Shown: positions 12,331-22,741 of the stretch, piece after piece
Layout of the letters: every line of letters begins with the position of its first letter
Position numbering within the stretch: the stretch's first letter is position 1
Position numbers and translations under genes: made by a program
The notes under the pieces: model-generated
What the model was told of the DNA's origin: nothing
Databases searched by the model: none
Seen by the model: only the letters and a program-made list of their open reading frames with translations
NCBI GenBank assembly: GCA_054600435.1
Contig: BAAIJX010000002.1
Span: forward strand, 248,001 to 312,000
DNA from: Neophaeotheca triangularis
Taxonomy: Eukaryota
DNA length: 64,000 nt
Direction of reading: 5' to 3'

Positions 12331-13821
12331 CTAATCCCAGTACTTGATCACACCATCCAAATCACCCGTAGCCACCTTGCTGCTCTCCCTAGGATGCCAC
12401 GCCGTAGACAAGATCGCGCTGTTGCTAGCCTGAAGCTTGTGCCACATCTTGCAAGTCTTGAAATCCCAACAGCACAGCCAACCCTGAGAATCGCCACTCA
12501 TGACAATTCCTCCATCCGGGGACACCCCTACATCGATCGCGTACCCTGCGTTGTTGTGGCCCTTGAACTCCTTCTTCCTGTTCAGCCGTATCTTTTCTCC
12601 GCTGCTGTAGGTGACGATTCGGTTATCGCTGCTCTGCTCCAGGATGTAGCCCTTTGGGTGACTAGCCGCTTTGACCATAGGGAACATGTACGGTTCGGCG
12701 ATGAACTTAACAGGAACAGGGATGTTATACTCCCACGCCCTCAAGCTCTTATCGTCTGAAGTCGTTACGAAACGCCTGTTGTCGTCGCAAAAGACAATAG
12801 TGTTGACTGGGCCTAAGTGGTGGTCGTATTCCTGTACTGGCTTGTTGTTGTCCGCGCGAGCGTCGAACTGTACGATTTTGTTGTCGTGCATGCCTGCTAG
12901 GAACTCTTTGCCGGAAGCTTGCTCTGGGTACCAACGCACCACATGCGGAGTCGCGCCTGTGCTGAACCGGCCAGTGCACGCACCAGTCTCGGTGTCCCAA
13001 ACCTTCATTTGGCGGTCGTAAGAAGCGGAAACGAATTGTGTGCCATCGGGTGTGAAGTCTACGTCCACGACGGATTTTGTATGGCCACTGAAGGAGCGTA
13101 AAAGCGAACGGTCATGGTAGGCGTCCCACAGTTTAATCTTGGTATCGGCAGACGCGGAAAGGAGAAGATGACCGGATGAAGGGAGGAATCTGAGTGCATT
13201 GACTGCCTTGGTATGGGCCGGCTTGCTGCCCTTTGCAGATTTGAAGGTGTGAATGAGCTTTTTCGGGGTATAACACTTCAGATCAAGATTCGCAAAATCC
13301 GAGACGAGGTCGATGTCCAGGTCCTGCGGTACGTGCATATATGTCCGTCCCTGGTAATCGTACTCCTGCTCGCCTTCAAATGTAGTCGTCTCTGTCTCCG
13401 CACTGATCTGCTCGTATGCAGTACCGGCGAGACTCTTCGCCTTCTGTGGCATGGCTGCAATCGCATCTTCTTCGTAAATCACTTCCTCGCCGCTCTCGTC
13501 TCCCGACACCTCAACCTCCTCCCCACTGTCACTGTCGATGCGCTTGTCCTCCCATTTCGCCCAAGATCCCTTGTATGCGCCTGGGCCGTTCACAACGCTG
13601 CTGTCGCCTTTGGCTTCCCGCTTTCGCTTCTTCCCAACTGATTGCTGTGACTGAAATTCCCGCTGATGCATCCGAAAGTTGTGCTCTGACATTGCGACCT
13701 CCTGCGCATATCCAGTTGGGACCTTTCCCGCCGTGGAAGTCTTTTGCGACTCGGGCGGCGCATAGCCAATATTTCGCTTCTGAGGCGCGTTTGCACCATT
13801 ACGTGCTGGTACTAGAGACAT
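12331..13821 (-). CDS. PRP17: Pre-mRNA splicing factor Prp17/Cdc40 (WD40)
   Basis: YDYQGRTYMHVPQD, GHLLLSAS, QEYDHHLGPVN, RFVTTSDDKSLRAWE, KKEFKGHNNAGYA and C-terminal IKYWD. Confidence 0.96.
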   Translation of the reverse strand: MSLVPARNGANAPQKRNIGYAPPESQKTSTAGKVPTGYAQEVAMSEHNFRMHQREFQSQQSVGKKRKREAKGDSSVVNGPGAYKGSWAKWEDKRIDSDSGEEVEVSGDESGEEVIYEEDAIAAMPQKAKSLAGTAYEQISAETETTTFEGEQEYDYQGRTYMHVPQDLDIDLVSDFANLDLKCYTPKKLIHTFKSAKGSKPAHTKAVNALRFLPSSGHLLLSASADTKIKLWDAYHDRSLLRSFSGHTKSVVDVDFTPDGTQFVSASYDRQMKVWDTETGACTGRFSTGATPHVVRWYPEQASGKEFLAGMHDNKIVQFDARADNNKPVQEYDHHLGPVNTIVFCDDNRRFVTTSDDKSLRAWEYNIPVPVKFIAEPYMFPMVKAASHPKGYILEQSSDNRIVTYSSGEKIRLNRKKEFKGHNNAGYAIDVGVSPDGGIVMSGDSQGWLCCWDFKTCKMWHKLQASNSAILSTAWHPRESSKVATGDLDGVIKYWD

Positions 13822-14286
13822 GATCGATTGGGCCTATGGAAGAGGTTGTTGTATTGGTAGTTCCGACCTTTGCAGCTCAATACTTTTGGCAGGTTGGTGA
13901 GCGCAAGCTCGGACCTTCGCGCGATCTAGCTGACTCAGCGATACGTTGTCACGTGCTCAACGTCCGAAAGTACTAGAGTGACGAGAAGCGTCGAGCCATC
14001 AACATTGAGGGTATCATTTACACATTGCTCAATCTCGCTAAGACGCCAATGCTTCTCTCAAACCGCCGTGCTTAATGCCTTCGTTCCGGACAGCACCCCT
14101 GACCTTTTGCTCTCACTACCTCTCATCTACGACCAAATACCCGCCACCGTACTCGCTTGTTACCGCCTTTTACCCTAGAAGTAGACAAAGTCCTCACTAC
14201 CCTTCCACGTCAGTACATGCCGTTACCAAACTTCGTCAGATCGTGCGCGTTGTAGTAATTCGACTGATTGATGTCCTGATTCGCTT

Positions 14287-14888
14287 TTACCGGCTTTCGT
14301 CCCTAATGAGTGCGACGATCATGGAGTAGAGGTAAAAGAAGAACATCAAGAGGTGGAAGCCCAGCTTGATGAAGCTTTCCTTCTTGTGCGTGTTGAGCTT
14401 GCGGAAAATCTCGGTCGCGTCGAGCAGATGCTGGTTCTCAAAGATCCTGATAGAGTGAGCAATATTAGTTTCACTGCGCAAGATGTACTGCTCGGCCGTC
14501 TACCTCTTCCTCCAATTTGACTACGCGCTTTCTCGAGCAGTGCCTCTACATTGGGTGTGGACCTACTTCTTCGCATTGTAAGCTACCAATGGCAGATTGA
14601 GCACTAGTGGTAGCCAGTATCCGTTGATCAAGAAGAGAACCGTGAGGAACGCGTGTACGCCGGCTTCGGGGATAATGTACATGTTGAGGCGATTGCAGAG
14701 GTCGATGGGGTTGATGTAGTCGCATTCCAGGTCAGAGTACATGATGGTGAAGAAGACTTGCAAAAAGAGGTTGACCGCATTAAGCAGGACAGCCAGGAGA
14801 TAAAGCCTGGGTCGGACAATGTTAGCAACTCAAGGCTTCGCAAGTCGTGCCACTTGTTGGGGGAGGCGTACCATGCTTCCCCAGACAT
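14287..14888 (-). CDS. ERV14: Cornichon/Erv14 ER cargo receptor; exons 14888-14872, 14806-14567, 14446-14287
   Basis: Spliced product [47 protein letters not shown]...[11 protein letters not shown]...[21 protein letters not shown]. Both introns are GT-AG and frame-consistent. Confidence 0.96.
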
Positions 14889-16055
14889 GTTGACGGTGTT
14901 CTAGCACCCTTCAGGCGCTTTCACTGCGATGGTTTGTTGGGTGTGCGAGCTCGTGCGACGGGTAAGAGCTTCGCTGTGTCTTCCTCTTGCTCGCTGTTTG
15001 TGGAAGCTCAGCTATGTGGTCTTATCGCACGCAAGTATTGTTGAGGTCGGGTATCCCTTCGATTAGGTAGGCGTGTGGAGGCCGGAAGGTCTGTGGGAGG
15101 GTTGCGGAGATAGGAACGAGCTGCAGAGCGGTATTGGTCAGGCGTTTGTGAAGTCCAAAAGTGCAAAGGTATCGCGTGAGGTGATGAGAACTGGTGGACG
15201 ACCGCACTTGACGTTGTTGTTTCTTGCGATCCCGGCCGCTTTCCCTGCGGTGGGGCCTGCACATTGTTTAATGCCAAGGCACAGATGGTCTCGCTTTCCA
15301 GAAGCGAGCATGACGGAATGGCTGGACCGCCTGAGGCTGCAGGTGGCACTGAATTCCTCAGTCTTGAAATATTAGTATTTCCCTCTGGATTACCATTCAC
15401 CACCAGTCATTCTAGAACATGCATTGCTGTTTCGATACGACGGCGTCCTGAGCTGTCACGTCGTCACAAGAGCTACCACTGGCTCAAGAGACAGCCACGA
15501 CAGCCAGCCTTGCAGAGCACCAGCTTGAAAGAATCGAGACCATCACGACTTTACTGACAATGACATTTTGCGAAGCTGGGAAGGCTACAACGTACATCAG
15601 CACGAGTCTTGTCTGATGTTCGGCAAATGATATCGCGTAACCTCGGCCTAGGTACCTCCTACGAGCATTTGCTTCAAGTTCAAACTCCAAGGTCATGAGG
15701 GCGGGCCTTTGGGTTAACTACTGTGGGACTGACTTGCACCCCGGGACTCGCCATAACATCGCTCCTGCGCGCCGTGTAGAAGATGAATATTATATTGACA
15801 TAGCTGTTGGTAGAGCAGCGTTACGATACAACCTGAAACCCTTCATCGACGTGCCCAATCGATCGAGTCGCTCGCAACGATCTGACAGCGATCTCCCTTT
15901 ATCCACTCCGCGCGTGCTTCCTAACAATTGCTCTCTAGTTCCCGCGACTCGATCCCGTTGCACTGTCGGCGTTGTTGGTGGCGATCCTCCGAGCATAGCG
16001 AGTGGGTGCCGTTCACCCCCAAGATACCCATAATACACTTCCAATCCATCATATC

Positions 16056-16859
16056 TCAAGAGGCTCCGACCAAGGCCGTTCCAACAACAGCATAATACCA
16101 TGCCGCAGCCCATCGATTCGTAAGACTCGGCCAATCGTCCATTGTTCCCTTTCCCTTCATGTCCATCCTCGCAAGAACGCCCACCGCACAGAGGACTAGA
16201 AACACCTCTTCCTCCTGACTCTGCGGTTCAAAATCCCAGCGTAAGCTTGCACCCCTGCTGTCTCGCGACAGCGTCGCCAAACTCGCATTCGTCGACTCCA
16301 CGACAAGGTCGTACTCGACTGAACCTGGCGTCGTTGCCCGACCCGCTCGGATTTTCCAGACAACGTCCAAAGCTCTCTGAGTATCCGTGGCTGGCAGGGA
16401 GAGTTGAAAGGCCGAGGGGTGAGGGTAGCCTACTCTCGCGCGAACCTGGCCCGTGTGCTCGCTCGGGCCGCGTTTCGAGCCAGCGCCGATGAGGCAGTGT
16501 ACTCTAAAGTTGTTGTGGGATTCCGCAAAGGTCAGGTGGCCCAGAGCAGGGCCGTCTTTGCTGTCGCCGGCGCGAAGCTCAAGCATGGGCTTCCGAAGTG
16601 ATCTTGCGGCTAAGTTGTAGCTGCTGCCGTCGCTAGAAGTGATGCTTATTTGAGGTCTCCGCCGGCTGGGCCGCGCAAAGTGGTGTTCTCGGAGAGTTGT
16701 CGACTTCCATGACATGGGCGACGAAAAGTATGAAGTAGCGCTCGACGGGCTCGCTGATGGAGGCGAAGACATTTTGGCCCAAGTTGGTGGTGACTGAATC
16801 TCGAAATGGGTGTCGTTGACATTCTCGACCTGAATGGGAGGGTACCGGGATTTGGACAT
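16056..16859 (-). CDS. Hypothetical protein (267 aa)
   Basis: Uninterrupted ATG-started ORF with globular composition. A beta-rich body plus hydrophobic C-terminal helix is loosely reminiscent of tubby/LURP-like folds; not confirmed. Confidence 0.6.
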   Translation of the reverse strand: MSKSRYPPIQVENVNDTHFEIQSPPTWAKMSSPPSASPSSATSYFSSPMSWKSTTLREHHFARPSRRRPQISITSSDGSSYNLAARSLRKPMLELRAGDSKDGPALGHLTFAESHNNFRVHCLIGAGSKRGPSEHTGQVRARVGYPHPSAFQLSLPATDTQRALDVVWKIRAGRATTPGSVEYDLVVESTNASLATLSRDSRGASLRWDFEPQSQEEEVFLVLCAVGVLARMDMKGKGTMDDWPSLTNRWAAAWYYAVVGTALVGAS

Positions 16860-18004
16860 GTTGTATTCTGGGTCGACGCGAATCCTACCTCTTGGTCTGT
16901 CTCTGGGCTATTTCTTGGGATACAAAACGCAAAGAGATTGCCCAGCGCCACGACCTGGCTGGACCTTGGGTTGGGGGGACGGAAGCTCCCTTTGTATATC
17001 AGCGGGGTCCGCCTCGTGACGGCACCTTCTGCCAGCCTCTTTGAAGTCTACTGCACGGAGGCGTTCGAGCTGGGATACCTCGGGCGCGAACCATTGCGAT
17101 GCGTAGTTCACCTAGTTGCCTGAAAACCGGGGCCTTTAACCTACTTGGAGGGGAGTTCGGGGGAAGAACATGAGGGATCAGGCAAATAAGCTTCCGGGGT
17201 TTAATTGCAAGAGGCTGAACCAGTGGGGACTCGCACGCGCCGCGACAACGTGCCCGCTTTGCCGAGATATCTACGACTGCTACTCATCTCATCAATAATC
17301 TATGCTAATGCAAGACTTGAGATGCTAGAGGTATCTACTATGTAGGTACTAATAACTGGTCGCGCAAGACCGCTGCTCTAGAACTTGCCGCGACAACTGG
17401 CTATAATCGGGTCGTGCAGCATTCAACGAAGTGACCCGAGATCTGCGTACGTTGGAGTCGTCTTCAGCTGATCGCCATGACCGCCACGACCGCCACCCTG
17501 CAGAGAGACAACCTCCGGAAAGCTTCTCCATCACGGCATTATTCCACTTGCGTCACCATTATTGACAACGTCTGGCAGTTTGCCCGAGTATGTTCAATTG
17601 TGTTAATATTCAAGAGGCGAAGTATTAGAAGCCAGTCCGAGTGAAAGCGATTTTGTTCTTTGATCAAGAGGTCACTAGGAGCGCTTAGCGTCGCTTGTGC
17701 GCACCGTACGGCCTTGCATGTCCGCCAGCTAGACGGACTTGTACAGTGACCAACCAAGTGGGTATACCTCTAAGTGGATATACTGCGTGAGCGCGATAGT
17801 GGACTCTCAACGAGCGGTTTCATGCACTTGCAGTTCGAGTATCGATGGCCGCACGTGGGCCGGTACGTGTTGGCGTAAAGCACAAGTTCAAGTACTTTGA
17901 TCTATCGCATCTCGTTGCCTTGTCTATCCCAGTTTGGAAGGAGAGCATATAGGTACACATAATCTTGTACAATCATGGGCTTCAAAACGACCCAATCGTC
18001 CGTC

Positions 18005-18675
18005 TCAGTGTCTTCCCACCCAAAGGTCCCTCGCCGCCCTGAATATTCTTCCTCCCCTTTCGCTTTCCTCCAGCACACTCCTCACAGCTCCCACACCTCC
18101 CGGATTCTGTCCAGCTTCCGCCTTGGCCTGTCTCTCCAGCGCCCTCCTCTCCTCCTCCCCCAAGTCAGCTCTTTCAGCCGCTCTCGACCTTATCATGCGG
18201 TCACGCATGCGTCTCAGCTCCTCCTCTTCCTCCTCTCTAGCCTCGAGCTCCTTGATCCAAGCCTCATGCTTCTCCTTCTTCTTCTTCTCGTCCACCAAGC
18301 CCTCGAACTGCTTTCGCTTCTGCCGGTCGTTCTCCCAGTAAATCTGACCCGCTATCATAGCAAGAATTGTGAAACCTTGGGCGTAGATACGTCGGCGGAA
18401 CATGCGATTCGTGCGGTGTTTGTCGCCTGAACGGACCGACTTGGAACTATGGGTTTTTTGCTCAGCCATGTACTATCCAGCTCCCCCTTGGAGTGATGTG
18501 ATTTGCCTTACGCTTCTATCAGGGCCCAACATGTGAGAGCACAGCCTAGCGGTATGAGAGGCTCCTCGATTGCTCTCCTTTTGAGCTTCTGGAATCTGGA
18601 TTCCTCGTAAAAGTCCGAGTCATTGTCGAAGGATGATGGCGGCGGCGCGGTGTTGATGTTGCCGGGGATGGACAT
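18005..18675 (-). CDS. RCF1: Respiratory supercomplex factor 1 (HIG1 domain); exons 18675-18512 and 18446-18005
   Basis: PPPSSFDNDSDFYEESRFQKLKRRAIEEPLIPLGCALTCWAL...NRMFRRRIYAQGFT..AWIKELEAR. Intron 18511-18447 (GTAAGG..CTGAG..TAG). Confidence 0.95.
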
Positions 18676-19079
18676 GTTTAAAAGGTTGTTGTCGAGGCGC
18701 GGTGTTGCGCTCCAACTTTGTGTCTCGATTTGCCGGGCGAATCAGCAAGAGCTACAATGTATCTCTTTCCAGCGTCTGGTTGTGTGCGTTGTGTTGGATG
18801 TTGTTGTAGAGTGAGTCTTTCTATGGCAAGGTTGATCTGCTCTTGGCACGCGATGAGACGGAGCTTCCAAAGTGGACGATAATGATGATGTCGGTCGTTC
18901 TTGCATCCCAGATTGCCGAGATGCACCTTCCTTGACCGCCCGCGAGGTTTTGGCAGAATATTTCGGCTTTGACCGCCCAGTCGCGGCGCAATCCAAACAA
19001 AGAGTGGTCCTACTGACTTCCAACTGATCGCCAGGCGAACGTGTTGGTAGTCTTGATAATACTCAACACCATATCAAAC

Positions 19080-20912
19080 ATGGATGGAAACTCGAGGCCA
19101 TCAACGGCCAATGGCACTTCCACGCCGACCACGCCCAAGCCTTCTCAGGCCAGTCTTTCGTTAACCGAATATGCGGCCAACCCCTCCCCGCCGTCGAGTA
19201 CCCCGAAGGAAAAGACAGTCATTGCTGGTATACCTGAGAGCTTCTTGTTGCCCAATGGCTACCCAGACGTACGCCGGCCCGAGTCTAGGCTGACACAGTG
19301 AAGATGTCGTACTAACCTTCACAGTACCTGCGCCTCATTCTCACATCCCGCGTCTACGATGTCGTCGAAGAGACCCCTCTCACACATGCAATCAACCTCA
19401 GCAACCGTCTCGAAAGCCATGTTCTGCTCAAGCGCGAGGATCTGCAGCCAGTCTTTTCTTTCAAGCTGCGAGGGGCCTACAACAAAATGGCCCATCTGAC
19501 GGCCGAGGAGCGGTGGAAGGGCGTCGTGGCTTGCTCCGCAGGTACGTGATTTGCGTTGCACAAAGAGTACAGTTGTGCTGAGCTGGCAGACAGCAGGCTG
19601 AGCAAGCCCAGGAAATCATGCTCAAGGCGTGGCCTACTCGGCGAGAAAGCTGAAGATACCCGCTACCATCACTATGCCTACCGGTACACCTGCGATCAAA
19701 CACTCCAACGTCTCGCGCATGGGCGGTAATGTCGTCCTACATGGTCCGGATTTTGATACGGCAAAGGCCGAATGCAACCGCTTGCAACAACTCCACGGCC
19801 TTACCAACATTCCGCCTTTCGATGACCCCTATGTGATCGCCGGCCAGGGTACCATTGGCATGGAGATCATCCGCCAAGCCGACATCAACAAGCTCGAAGC
19901 TGTGTTCTGTTGTGTCGGTGGTGGTGGGCTCATTGCGGGAATCGGAACGTACATCAAGCGCATTGCGCCTCACGTCAAGATCATTGGGGTCGAAGCTTTC
20001 GATGCAAATGCAATGGTGCAATCGCTGAAGCTTGGGAAACGGGTACAGCTCAAAGACGTCGGACTCTTTGCGGATGGCGCGGCTGTGAAGACAGTCGGCG
20101 AGGAGACTTTCAGGTTGTGCATGGAGTGTGTGGACGATGTGATACAGGTGGATACGGATGCTATCTGCGCAGCGATCAAAGATGTGTTTGAGGATACTCG
20201 AAGCATTCTTGAACCGGCCGGTGCTTTGGCCCTCGCTGGCCTGAAAGAGTACGTGCGCCTCAACCCATCAGAAGACACCAGCAGGCAACTTGTTGCTACG
20301 GCCAGTGGCGCGAACATGAACTTTGACCGCCTGCGCTTCGTGGCCGAGCGCGCAGCACTGGGTGAGAAGAAAGAAGCACTTCTCTCAATCACCATACCAG
20401 AGCGACCGGGAGCTTTCGCCAAGCTCGTCGAAGCGGTAACCCCAATGGCAGTCACCGAGTTTTGTTACCGGTACTCATCCTCTGCTGCTGCGAACGTCCT
20501 GATCGGCATATCACTATCAGCTGCCACTCGGACTCGCGATCTTGCAAACCTGTTCGCCCGCCTCGAAGAAGAAGGAATGACGCCTCGCGACCTCTCTAGC
20601 GACGAGCTCGCCAAATCGCACCTCCGCTACCTCGTCGGCGGTCGCTCGGACGCTGCCAACGAGCGACTCTTCGCTTTCGAGTTTCCAGAGAGAGGCGGAG
20701 CGCTGCACAATTTCCTCACGACGCTGCAGCCTGGGTTCAACATCTCTCTTTGGCATTACAGGAACTATGGCGGTGATGTGGCCAAGGTATTGGCGGGGAT
20801 TCAGGTCCCCGAGGGAGAAGAGGAGGGCTTGAAGAAGTTTTTGCGTGATATTGGGTACAGATGGGAAGAGGTGACTGAAAATGAGACGTACAAGACGTTC
20901 CTGAGGGCGTAG
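19080..20912 (+). CDS. ILV1: Biosynthetic threonine dehydratase; exons 19080-19268, 19325-19541, 19612-20912
   Basis: [18 protein letters not shown] (PLP lysine), [36 protein letters not shown] and C-terminal ACT-like regulatory repeats (IPERPG, FPERGG). Confidence 0.97.
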
Positions 20913-21740
20913 GGATCAAAGGCCTAGACTGAGCGAGTTCTGGTGGCTGTTTCGCTCGGCGCGTAGGAGCCCCGGAAGCTACATGGTCCATTCATGCGAG
21001 TCGTCAAGGGGGGAAATGCTATGATAGACCAGTGTACCTACGATAAAACACGTGAGTCACAATTTAGAATGTGCCTGACCTTCGGGAAGGAAGACACTGC
21101 CCGGAGTGGTCTGTACTGTAGCTGTCTCTGGCCAAGTCCAAAGGCTCGACTGTCAAGTCACGCCACGAGCAACGCTCGCTCGCTTGCTGAGCCGGGCGAC
21201 TTGGCCAGCCGAACTTCGCGATTCCGACATCACCTCATGCCCGGATCCTACGGACTCGGCCGTTTTGACACACAGCGTACTGTACGAATATTTGGCGGAT
21301 CTTGAGGCTCGGCTATTATCTTACCGGGCCTGCAGACACGAGACTCTTTTGTCACACCACGTGTGTGAAGAGGAGAAGTTCTTGTCGTCGTGTTGGAATT
21401 CGCCTCCAACGAATCCGCAGGTTGGTCTCGCCACTTCATCAGGTTGCCAACACTTTCCGGTAGATGGCGATGTACGAGACCAAAGCATCGCCATGTCGCC
21501 TTAGAGGTGGGTATATATGGTAGGTGTTTCTTCACTATCTTGGTCTCTATCCAGCATCAACAACTCCGACAACTTCAACCGTAGCCACGACCTCCCGAAA
21601 GAGTACTCCAAAAGTCAACCGCTCAATTGCTTCGCATCCACGATCGATTTTCTCGCTTCAAAACCCAACAAATACTTTTTCGCCATCTGAGGCTACAATC
21701 AAGACTAAACCAAAGTCCTCGTTTCACAACCACAAAAGCC

Positions 21741-22379
21741 ATGGCATCGGCATCAGCATCATCAGCATCAGCATCGGTATGTCAACCCCCCACCATTCCC
21801 ATCAAACTGTAACCCCATTCCCATACCGCAACAGTCCAGGTCAGCCCAGCCCAGCCCAGCCCGTCGCTGACCTACCCAAGACCAACCGCACGACCCAAAC
21901 CCCCTCCCCAACAGCCCCAGCGTACAGCCTCCCCCAAACCCAGCCTCCCCCAAAACAGAAACCACAGAAAACAGAAACTAACCCCCGCACCCCACAACCA
22001 GCGCCCCCTCTTCCCCATCACCAACCCCACCTCCACCCGCCACCGGGCCCAGCAACCCAGCCTCCTCAGCCGGCCCTTCCGCGCCCTCGCCGCCTGGACA
22101 GCCGAAGCCCACCCGCACGCTCGCGCGCCCGCACAGCTGCGGCCCCACCCCGTCGAGCTGTCCTTCTACACGCGTCGCCTGCGGCGCACGGCGGCTCTGT
22201 TCCTGCCAGTTGCAGTGGTAGTGTTTGCGTGGCCTTTTGCCGCGAGAGCTTGGATCGAGGCCGGGAACGGGGTGCTCGGGTACGATGTCGCGGACAAGGG
22301 GAGAAAAGGGGCGAGGAAGATGGCGAGGAAGATGGGGATTGATGATGAGGCTTGGGGGATGAAGGGGCCGGAGAGGTAG
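21741..22379 (+). CDS. Small single-TM hypothetical protein, possibly mitochondrial; exon 21741-21776 plus terminal exon 22002-22379, with possible internal microexons
   Basis: ATG 21741, donor GTATGT 21777, branch ACTAAC ~21977, acceptor CAG 22001. The terminal exon is open for 125 codons (RPLFPIT...EAHPHARAP...RRLRRTAALFLPVAVVVFAWPFAAR). Not in the ORF track in this frame. Confidence 0.65.
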
Positions 22380-22741
22380 GGTTCCGCGAAGAGGGGAGGG
22401 GGGGTTTCCCCGGCCGCGCTGGGTGGGTGTTTTGGGATTTGCTTTTTGTTCTAGGTTGGGGTTTGGCTGGGCGTTGGCGCGGAAGGGGGGGATACACCTG
22501 GTTGATAATTGGTTTTGTTTTTGCTTGCGTCGTTTAGCGATATCGAAGCCTTTGCAAACTCTCATTCCAAGCCATACTCATCACAAAGATACTGTTCCTA
22601 TCCAACCCCCAAAAACGCTTTCAAGAACACAATGGCAAAACCACAAGAACAATCTGCAAAAAGGAATAATGACATAGGTATGGGTATCTCAAGACTCCAG
22701 AAAAAGAAAACGCGCATCTACTTCCAAACAGCCCAATCTGC

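Noticed and set aside
21524..22342. 272-aa ORF-track call
   Set aside because: Low-complexity translation of C/A-rich UTR and intron sequence; the spliced model in another frame is more protein-like.
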